The position numbers were made by a program, and so were the translations under genes. The notes under the pieces were generated by a model, which was not told where the DNA came from, did not search any database, and saw only the letters and a list, made by a program, of their open reading frames with translations. A stretch of DNA of 64,000 bases, taken from contig SMSO01000025.1 in the NCBI GenBank assembly GCA_004764695.1, forward strand, positions 5,558,862 to 5,622,861. Reading direction: 5' to 3'. Origin of the DNA: Schizochytrium sp. TIO01. Its lineage: Eukaryota > Protista > Bigyra: Labyrinthulomycetes. Of this stretch, positions 55,797-64,000 are shown in pieces (position 1 is the first letter of the stretch; every line of letters begins with the position of its first letter).

Positions 55797-58700
55797 ATGA
55801 GGCTGGGCGCCAAGGCATTTCGGGACTGGACCCACAAAGGCCCAGCACCAAAGAAAATTGGAGCGAACGGCAAGCTTGTGGATGAAAATGAACATGATAA
55901 TGGTCAGACCCCATCATCACCTGCTTCAAAAGCAGCACCTCCCATGCCGCCAAAGCCCCAACAGCAGGACACTACCAGCTATGTTCCAAAGCCAAGGGTG
56001 CAACATGGGTCTGAAGTGCTCACACTGAGCAATGGAGCTACGCTTGAGGTGTTCCCAGATGGACGCAAAATCCAGCGCTCACCGGATGGCACTGTCATTG
56101 AGATCTTCAACGATGGCACCAAGGTCCAGACCTCCCCCTCCGGAACAAAAATCGAAGTCCGTCCCAATGGCTCCAAAGTCCAAACAAATCCTGACGGCAG
56201 CGTGCTCGAAATCCAACCTGATGGTTTCACGCGCCAGACTTCGCCTGATGGCACTGTTGTTGAAACCCGAACGGACGGCAGCCGTTACCAGCGTAACCCG
56301 AATGGCGTCACAATCACTGTGTATAAGGATGGATCCCGCAAGCAAGCCTTCCCAGATGGCACCTTAATCGAAGTCAAGCCGAATGGAGAAAAGCTGCAAA
56401 CCAACCCGGATGGTACCCGCCTCGAAATTAACGTTGACGGAGTCATCAGGCCCAGGTCGGCAAGTCCAAACCACCCTGTGGCCAAGGCGACGCCCACAAA
56501 GACGGCCCCGTACCCCATCAAGAGTGGGCCCAGTGCGCCAATGCCTTCTCGCCCAAGTTTGCCCACAGCTACTGCAACTCCTGTGGGCTCGAGCTCCTCC
56601 AACATGCACAGTAAGCAAACCTCAACCTCGGCCAAGAACATTGCTGCTGCCTTTGAGTCGAAGTCCAGGTCCTCCAAGTCTACATCATCTTCTTCTACAA
56701 CATCATCCTCGTCTAGTTCTTTAACCAAGAACAGCAACTCCAAAATACAGCAGGAGACCAAGGAACCTAGCCGCGCTGGAGCATTGCCTCGGCTTATGAC
56801 TCGCCGCAACTCAGCGGATGTGCCAAGCGCTAATGAACTCGAACTTCAAAAGGAAAATGTGCGGCTCAAGGACACCCTCAAGATGATTGAAGCTAAGGCA
56901 GCTGAGGATATGGCAAGTCTACGAGCTCAAACGCAGAAAGACGTGCAAAAGTTAATGCAAGAGGTCGAAGAATCGCGCTCTAAGGTACAGCAAGCAAGCA
57001 AACTGGAAACGGCACTCTTGGAAACTACCTCAGACCTTGAGCGCACAAAGAAGGATCTCGACAGTGTTATAAATGCTAATTCTGAGGAACTTGCTGAGCT
57101 TAAGCTTAAGCTGATGAAGGCTGAAGCTGATACTGCGAATATTCAAGCGAGCTTTGATCGCCGACTCCGTGAAGAAACAGAATCGCTGCAAGCACAGATC
57201 CGCGATCTCGAAGAAGCGAACAAGCGCAGCGTCGAACAGCTACAAAGCACGGGTCAGGATTCTTCAGCTGAACTCGCAAGCATCAGCAGTAAGTTGGCTG
57301 CGGCTGAAGGCCGCAACAGAGAACTTGAAGCTAGTGTGGAACAACTGAAAGAGGCACTCCAAAGGCAGGAAGCTTCGGCAAAGGAGGCCAAGGAAGAGGT
57401 CGAGTCGCACAGGCAGACAGTCGCCAAATTTCGTGAGACACTCCAAGCAGCTGACAGTGAGCAGCAAGCGCTCCACGCCCAAATTGAGGACCTCATCTTT
57501 AAGGGTGGCTCGTGTGCAGAGCAGCTTACCGACTTGCGCAAAGAACGCGATTCTGCTGTCGCGGAGCGTGAAAGTGCGTTTGTGAAGCTCGCAGAACTGA
57601 CCAAGAAGACCGTCGAAACTGTTTCTCTGCTTACAGAGCGTGAGAACGAGTTGGCCGATGCCTTCACAGAGATTCGCCAGCTTCGTGAAAACGCAGACTC
57701 CAAGAGCGTGGATAAGGCACTCGCCATTGAGCGTGACCGCGTCCAGGAGTTGGAGACTAAGCTCAGAGCCGCCCGTGCTAGCACCGCCTCCAGTAAATCG
57801 AGCCCGGAAACCACCGAACAACTCGAAGCTGCCCGCCGAAAGCATCAGGAGCAAGAGCGTGTGATTGCAAGCTTGGAGCAACGTGTGGAGACCTTCGATG
57901 TCGCTCTCAACAAGGCCAAGGAAATGAATGCCAACTCTATGGAGCACCTTCGTCATCGTCTGCAACATGCAGAACTTCAGTGCAACGAACTTCAAGCTGA
58001 GCTCGATGAGGCTAATGACGAACGAGACAAGCTTCAGGCAAAGAATGCAGCGATGGCCTCTGAAGCCGCTGCCGCCACTCGCCCAACATCCCCGGAACCA
58101 ACCTCGGATGCAGACAATAATGCAGAGATTTCCAAGCTTCGAACCTCGATTGAAGACCTGCAAGTGCAGCTCGCAAAGAGGGATCGTGAGATCTCTGCAC
58201 AAAAGACCCAGATAGAGAAGTTGGAGAAATTCCAAGCCGGGACATCTTTCGAAGCCCTAGAGCCCATTGCACCCCCGGCACCTGCGATAAGCCCCCCGCG
58301 TCCTCCCATGAATGCACTTTTGGGGCAGATTCAGGCCGGCAAGGAACTCAAATCGGTGGAGATTGAGCCAGAAGTATCTATGAAGCCTGCTGGAATGCCT
58401 GGCGGAGGAGTTCCAGGAGGTCTTTTAGCCCAAATTCAGCTAGGTGCCAAACTTAAAAAGACCGACGGGCCCAGCACACCTTCGACAAACCCTGGGGCCT
58501 CTACTACGACAAAGACTAGCCCTTCTTCGCCCAATGCAGCTCCCTCTTTTGCAGAGTTGTGCCAATTAAAGGCTAAACAGCGTGCGGACAAGTCTCAACG
58601 TATCGATGATCTCTTGGCAAAGAAGAAGCCTGCTGCGTCTGGTGCAGGTGCCAACTCTGAACTTCAAGCCGCGTTGGCGCGCCGTAAACAACAGTCTTAA
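55797..58700 (+). CDS. TCP10/CENPJ-like beta-hairpin repeat + long coiled coil + C-terminal WH2-like motifs
   Basis: 16 (P/N/T/K/S/V)-(D/N/S)-G turns at 9-aa spacing. Coiled coil of about 450 aa. Then a Pro-rich segment followed by MNALLGQIQAGKELKSV and GLLAQIQLGAKLKKT. First ATG is at 55797. Confidence 0.85.
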   Translation: MRLGAKAFRDWTHKGPAPKKIGANGKLVDENEHDNGQTPSSPASKAAPPMPPKPQQQDTTSYVPKPRVQHGSEVLTLSNGATLEVFPDGRKIQRSPDGTVIEIFNDGTKVQTSPSGTKIEVRPNGSKVQTNPDGSVLEIQPDGFTRQTSPDGTVVETRTDGSRYQRNPNGVTITVYKDGSRKQAFPDGTLIEVKPNGEKLQTNPDGTRLEINVDGVIRPRSASPNHPVAKATPTKTAPYPIKSGPSAPMPSRPSLPTATATPVGSSSSNMHSKQTSTSAKNIAAAFESKSRSSKSTSSSSTTSSSSSSLTKNSNSKIQQETKEPSRAGALPRLMTRRNSADVPSANELELQKENVRLKDTLKMIEAKAAEDMASLRAQTQKDVQKLMQEVEESRSKVQQASKLETALLETTSDLERTKKDLDSVINANSEELAELKLKLMKAEADTANIQASFDRRLREETESLQAQIRDLEEANKRSVEQLQSTGQDSSAELASISSKLAAAEGRNRELEASVEQLKEALQRQEASAKEAKEEVESHRQTVAKFRETLQAADSEQQALHAQIEDLIFKGGSCAEQLTDLRKERDSAVAERESAFVKLAELTKKTVETVSLLTERENELADAFTEIRQLRENADSKSVDKALAIERDRVQELETKLRAARASTASSKSSPETTEQLEAARRKHQEQERVIASLEQRVETFDVALNKAKEMNANSMEHLRHRLQHAELQCNELQAELDEANDERDKLQAKNAAMASEAAAATRPTSPEPTSDADNNAEISKLRTSIEDLQVQLAKRDREISAQKTQIEKLEKFQAGTSFEALEPIAPPAPAISPPRPPMNALLGQIQAGKELKSVEIEPEVSMKPAGMPGGGVPGGLLAQIQLGAKLKKTDGPSTPSTNPGASTTTKTSPSSPNAAPSFAELCQLKAKQRADKSQRIDDLLAKKKPAASGAGANSELQAALARRKQQS

Positions 58701-60561
58701 ATTTCTTTTCCCCGTTTGCAATTGCAATGAAGCTACTTTCTTTCGCGCCTTAACTTTTAAAGCCATCATTGCCCTGCAAACCTGTCATAACATAACGAAC
58801 ATCAGGATCAACAGTAACAAGCATAAACCTGAATTACAGCAATTACAAAAATGTGAATTTAATCACCCACGCAACTGTGCGCCATACATCGCACATGTGT
58901 ATCTGCTTCTCAAAAGAACATAAGAAAAGTTTGAGTTAAGCAGGTACACATCTACAATCCCCAAGCGCAGTAACCCCTGACATACAAATGAAGTACAGCA
59001 TGGGACATGATTTCCCATTCTACAATAGCATAGATAACAGAATCTATTTCATTCTACATCTGAGGTCAGTTACCTGACAAGAATCTACATTTTTTTCTTC
59101 ATATCCTTAGTCCCAAAGACAATGCCATTCAGATCTAGCATTACTGTGATTTACCTTTGTTCAAAATATTCTTCTCCCAACCGAAGTAGAATCTTTCAAT
59201 GACTGACTCAGGAAAAGGGCTTGTGCGAACTGCTAAATATACAGAGAAAAGAGGGCTGTAAAGAAGACTCAAACTCCTATATTTCCTCATAGTTGCAAAA
59301 CCGCTCAAACTAAATTTTCGGAGCATACAGTATTGTTTATTTGATTTTTTTTTAACATAACCTGGCAGGCTTGCTAGAGCCACTCGCGCTTCACAAAGCC
59401 ATACATCTTTGTGCCAGTCCCTTCTGGCGTCTGCAGGGAGGGGTTGCTCGACAAGAAGATTTACAAAACACAACCTGGCAGCTGAATTTGGTACCTTCCC
59501 AATATGGACAGTAGGAGGTATTACCTAATCCTTTCCCTGAATCGTTGTCGTGAGGGACTGTATTTTATTTTTTTTGAAATTGTTTCTTGTTGTAAGCTTC
59601 TAAAAAAAGGTATCCTCCCTGGCTTGCAGCAAAGGTGGTGTCAGTCAAGCACAGCCTAAAAGTTAGGCGGAAAAGAACCCCCAATCATTTTCATTTTATA
59701 TTTTACAATCTGACTTGGTTAGCCTAGCTAGCTTGCTTCTGACCCTTACTTTTTTTCTTATCTTTTTTCTGAGTTGATCTTCCCTTTTAATTTCAAGTTC
59801 CTCTTTTTTAAGTTCAAGAAAGGGGTTGGTTTTTATGATGTCCTCTTACATGAATTTCTGAACTGTCTGATCCAAAACACACATATTTGAACATGGTGCA
59901 TACATGACTCACAGTAACCAAAAATTACACTGTTACCAACCTTGTGTGCTCTATAAAAATGTCCCGCGCAAGCAAAAAAAAAAAAAAAAAAAAAAAAATC
60001 CGTTGAAATGTCACAGTAATGAACAACAATTTGGCCAAAGAAGGACTCTTTATGTGAGTATTGCTACGATCAAAAGTACTATAGTCTTTTCCCCGATTAG
60101 GCATGAGTGAGTGCTACCTCTAAGAGGAAAATAATCCTACTCAAAGACTTTAGTAGAAGGCAGATGGAACTTCGGCACGTAAGCTGCGCTATCACTCTGA
60201 CCCTTTTTTAAATTTTTGAATAGAAGTACCAGAGTACACACTTCGAATCACCAATTAACTCATTGAAGTACAGTTTGGAACTTCGAACAACCTTAGCCTT
60301 CTAGTTTATGTTTGCAGAAGAGAGATGGAAGCTTTTGCGTTTCATGTAGAAAAGGTACAGTCAGTTCAACATTTAGATGAACACATTGGAATTTGCACAT
60401 CAGATATATACCCAAACCTATTATAGCTGCCGATAGCGAAAGTGCAGCCTCACGAGCAAGGAGAGGTAGGCAGCCATACGTTGCACTTGTTGCCTCAATT
60501 GCCCGTCGTGGGGAGCAAGTTAACATAAAAACCATACATCACATTTCAACAACCCTGCGAG

Positions 60562-63500
60562 ATGTGGTCTACGAAGCGCTCTTCAGCAAATAGCACGCGA
60601 TCAAGGAGCGGAGGAGATATTTTGCAGCCTCCGAAATCAATACATGGAGATCGTTCCTCATTTAAGAAAGATGGAAGCATGCGAATGGGTAGATCTGTAT
60701 CAAGTAGTACTCAAGCTACTATTATAAGAACAACTGAGCGAAGACTTAGCTACAGTAAAGTTACCAAAGAAGACAATGAGCAGGATAATGAAAGAATACG
60801 ACTCCTCAAGTCCAGACACTTTGCTGAAGTACCTTCCCCTCGACGAGTTTCTACACATAAAACTACCGCTGATGTCTTTGTCCCTGAATATGACGATGAT
60901 CAAGGGTATCGTTATCCTGTCATTCGTCACTTGAATTGGCTGCGCAATAACTCTTTGACCAATGAGTTAACCTTACGCACGCTGATTCGCGGACTATCAC
61001 CATCGGAGACCGAGGATCTGATTCTCCACCTCGACAGGGAGTGTATTACCTTAGAAAAACTAGTCACATTAATGGTGGAGAGTGGTACAAATTCAGGCTA
61101 TCTATTAAATGGGATTGGAGGTAGCAGTGGGCGCACCCCTCGAACCGCATCGCTCCGAATCTTGGACATCGAACCTAATTCAAACCAGACAATGAAAAAA
61201 TCAAGCAGTTTTACTCAGAAGAGGGAAGTAAAAAGTCCAACATCACGTCAAAGTATACAACCAGGAATTTCCATTGACCTGTCCTCCACGCTGAATCAGG
61301 CTCGAAATGCGCTTCCCGTGCAGAGAATCCGGGTTTTACAGGTTGATGAAGAGCTTGATGCTACATGGAATCTACTGACTCAGTCTTTAGTGTTTGACAA
61401 CTGTCTTGCGAAACATTGCGTCTTCTTAGGGAAACCTCATCTTCTTAACCAAATTGGTTACTCGCAACCTTTCATCAATGACCATTTGGAAAAAAATATA
61501 AAATCAATTATCTCTGTCCCTATAGAGATGAACCAGCCAAGGCGAAAATGTCACACAGTAGTTCAATTTATTAACCGTCTGAAATTCCCCCAAAGTTCGG
61601 CACTTAGTTCGCATGGATTTTCTCGAGAAGATGAGGTTACGGCAGTGCGCATATCTCAGCACATTCGCCACATTTCTCGCTTATTGAGGCATGAAGAAAA
61701 GATGGCAGAAAATAAGGTTCAAATGGAACAATTTTCTCAGGTTGCTCTAGCAGTATGCAGTCAACAGGACTCAAAATCTCTTATTGAAGACAACCTTCGC
61801 TTGTTGCAGAAAGTAACGAACTCTGAGCGCGTTATGTTGTATCTCTGTGACCATGCACGAAAGAACCTTTACTGTATATACTCGTCCGTGCCAAGTCAGC
61901 AAGGTCGCCTTGAATCATATAATGATAGCATTGCTGGTTGGGTGGCAGAACACCCGGAGCCTATTAACCTTCGTGACGTATATCGGGATCCTCGTTTCGA
62001 GCCGACATGGGATCTCAACAGAGAGTCAACGCCAACCCGGTCTGTACTAGGTATACCAATCTTTTCGAAAAGCGTCATTTTTGGAGTCTTACAATTAGTC
62101 AATAAAATTGCAACTACTAAAGCTGAGCGAAGACTGCCGGCACTATCAGCACAACTCTCGCTTGCTTTCAACAAGAAAAACCATGGTGCAAATAATAACG
62201 ATGCTAATGTGCGCTCGGCACGCTTACGGTTGCATCGTGTGCACACTGTAACCCGTATGGGTCATACTCGAAGTGCTTCAGCTGCAGCCGCTGTCCCTGA
62301 TAATGAACCGTTCGATGAAACGGAAACCCCAGTAAATTCACCAATATCACCTTCCTCTGCTCTTAAGCCGGATGTGCCGCAGATACAGTGTCATCATTGT
62401 ATGGGTCAGCTACCTTGTCGTAAGTGCGTGAAGAGGAAGGAGGCTGAAGAAAAAGAAAATCATCGCCGCTCTACCTCTGTTACATTCTATACTGAGTTTG
62501 ATCTGAAAGTATGCAATCTTGTATGTGCCCGAATTACACAGTCCATGAGCACTCGAGCAGTGAATTTTCAGTATGACAAAGCAATTGCAGAGAGTAGTGA
62601 TTCGTCTGGAGTGCTCCGTTCACTTCTCCAAGATCAGACAAATATGAACGAAGAAGATACTGTGGCTGAATTATTAACTGCAGAAGCTGAGGACTATAAA
62701 GTTGCATTCAAAGCCATCGGAAAGTTCATGCGCGTAATCCAATCTAAACGTGACAGCAATGGATCAAGTTACAGAGGTCGCTCGCGTCGCTGGTCACTAA
62801 GTAGTGTCGGAGGCGCCTTAAATGTGGTCCTTGATGAAACATTCCGTGACCTTCTTCACTCACAGGCCTTACCATCTCGCGAACTACTTTGCTCCTTAAA
62901 CTCCAGGCATGCAAAGATCTGTGGGGAATCAGACGAATCTACCTTTGGGAATTGGCATGTAGACATTCTTGGTTACCAAAATAAAGAGCTTGTGGAAGAA
63001 ATCACTTCCGCCATCTATCGTCTGGGTTTATGTCAGAAGTTTAATTTAGATCAGTCAAAAGTACACCCTTTTGTTGAGGCCATTCGGAGACGATACCTAG
63101 ACAATCCCTACCATAATTGGTTTCACGGAGCCCATGTCTTCCAGCAGGCCTATGCATTTTTGCTCAATACATCTGCGGCAGACGGGCTACACTACCATGA
63201 TATTCTTGCTTTAATGATTGCTTCTTTGTGTCATGATGTAGGCCATACGGGTCGCACAAACGACTTTGAGTGTAAGTCACTCTCTCCTCTTTCACTTCGT
63301 TATAACGATACATCAGTGCTTGAGAACTATCACGCAGCTCTCACCTTTGAAGTTCTTTTTAGCGAGGGTACAAATATCTTAAGCGCTGTGGCTCCCCCGA
63401 AAGTAAAAGAGATTCGACGAATCATCATCACCCTTATCCTTGCTACAGATATGAAAAACCATGCTAGTGTAGTCACAGCAATGAATTCATTAATCCTGGA

Positions 63501-63882
63501 TGATGAAACGATTCAAACTGTTCGGAATCAGGGTCCAATGCGACAAACACTTACCACCTTTATTCTTCATGCGTGTGATATCGGGGCTCAAACAGCACCA
63601 GTGCCAATTGCCATGAAATGGGCAGAGCTAGTCTTGAAAGAATTTCGAGAGCAAAATGAGGATGAGGTTAAGCAGAATTTGCCATTAACACCACATATGC
63701 AAAATTTGGATGACCCAAGCGTAGAAGCCAGGGTTCAAATAGGTTTCATTGATTACATTGTAGAACCCACATGGAAACTAATGGCAAGTTTTTTTCCCGA
63801 AATGCATTCATCATTATTGGAAAACATTGCAGCGAATCGTGCAGCATACGAAGAGAAATTGGAAAACTCAAAACAATCATGA
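60562..63882 (+). CDS. Class I 3',5'-cyclic nucleotide phosphodiesterase with GAF domain(s)
   Basis: Catalytic motifs NPYHNWFHG, LCHDVGHTGRTN, VLENYH, ILATDM, LHACDIG, QIGFIDYIV. GAF motifs SIAGWVA...INLRDVYRDPRF...TRSVLGIPI...GVLQLVNK, plus an upstream degenerate GAF (IKSIISVPI...VVQFINR...FSREDE). Confidence 0.95.
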   Translation: MWSTKRSSANSTRSRSGGDILQPPKSIHGDRSSFKKDGSMRMGRSVSSSTQATIIRTTERRLSYSKVTKEDNEQDNERIRLLKSRHFAEVPSPRRVSTHKTTADVFVPEYDDDQGYRYPVIRHLNWLRNNSLTNELTLRTLIRGLSPSETEDLILHLDRECITLEKLVTLMVESGTNSGYLLNGIGGSSGRTPRTASLRILDIEPNSNQTMKKSSSFTQKREVKSPTSRQSIQPGISIDLSSTLNQARNALPVQRIRVLQVDEELDATWNLLTQSLVFDNCLAKHCVFLGKPHLLNQIGYSQPFINDHLEKNIKSIISVPIEMNQPRRKCHTVVQFINRLKFPQSSALSSHGFSREDEVTAVRISQHIRHISRLLRHEEKMAENKVQMEQFSQVALAVCSQQDSKSLIEDNLRLLQKVTNSERVMLYLCDHARKNLYCIYSSVPSQQGRLESYNDSIAGWVAEHPEPINLRDVYRDPRFEPTWDLNRESTPTRSVLGIPIFSKSVIFGVLQLVNKIATTKAERRLPALSAQLSLAFNKKNHGANNNDANVRSARLRLHRVHTVTRMGHTRSASAAAAVPDNEPFDETETPVNSPISPSSALKPDVPQIQCHHCMGQLPCRKCVKRKEAEEKENHRRSTSVTFYTEFDLKVCNLVCARITQSMSTRAVNFQYDKAIAESSDSSGVLRSLLQDQTNMNEEDTVAELLTAEAEDYKVAFKAIGKFMRVIQSKRDSNGSSYRGRSRRWSLSSVGGALNVVLDETFRDLLHSQALPSRELLCSLNSRHAKICGESDESTFGNWHVDILGYQNKELVEEITSAIYRLGLCQKFNLDQSKVHPFVEAIRRRYLDNPYHNWFHGAHVFQQAYAFLLNTSAADGLHYHDILALMIASLCHDVGHTGRTNDFECKSLSPLSLRYNDTSVLENYHAALTFEVLFSEGTNILSAVAPPKVKEIRRIIITLILATDMKNHASVVTAMNSLILDDETIQTVRNQGPMRQTLTTFILHACDIGAQTAPVPIAMKWAELVLKEFREQNEDEVKQNLPLTPHMQNLDDPSVEARVQIGFIDYIVEPTWKLMASFFPEMHSSLLENIAANRAAYEEKLENSKQS

Positions 63883-64000
63883 GTGCAAGAACGCATAATA
63901 CAAGAGGCAAGTTATGATGAGAATGTTGTTTTGCAAAGTAATAGCAAAGAAACAAGAGAATAGTTTCAGCAAATACATTCTTCAAATCTCTAGTGTACAA

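Noticed and set aside
56285-58317. Long antisense ORFs (e.g. 57264..58235; also 49157..49771 and 32312..32920)
   Set aside because: Shadows of real genes on the opposite strand, with no motifs.
55797-58700. SAS-4/CPAP ortholog or MORN-repeat protein
   Set aside because: The repeat array is N-terminal rather than C-terminal, and the YEG.W/F MORN consensus is absent.

Overview
Eukaryotic, intron-poor, microsatellite-rich genomic window. The gene mix suggests a heterotrophic protist, most likely a thraustochytrid/labyrinthulomycete stramenopile (inference, not proven). There are 13 credible protein genes, almost all single-exon: a Crinkler-like nuclease+kinase protein, a tetraspanin, a membrane-anchored PhyH-type Fe/2OG dioxygenase, an ARM-repeat protein, a 7x CCHC zinc-knuckle protein, a hybrid histidine kinase with a plant-type ethylene-binding domain, a HET/TIR-like + TPR protein, mitochondrial bL35, vasohibin, a Zn2Cys6 transcription factor, a coiled-coil protein, a TCP10-like beta-repeat/coiled-coil/WH2 protein and a GAF-containing cyclic nucleotide phosphodiesterase. 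Two ORF-poor tracts (about 20.1-31.9 kb and 49.8-55.7 kb) hold microsatellites, possible decayed gene fragments and an enlarged tRNA-like or intron-like structure. The best leads are the GAF-less ethylene-receptor-like kinase, the HET/TIR-TPR protein with no NTPase module, the TCP10-repeat/WH2 candidate actin regulator, and the CRN-like gene with an interrupted N-terminus next to an 18-bp array. All calls come from reading motifs by eye; no searches were run.
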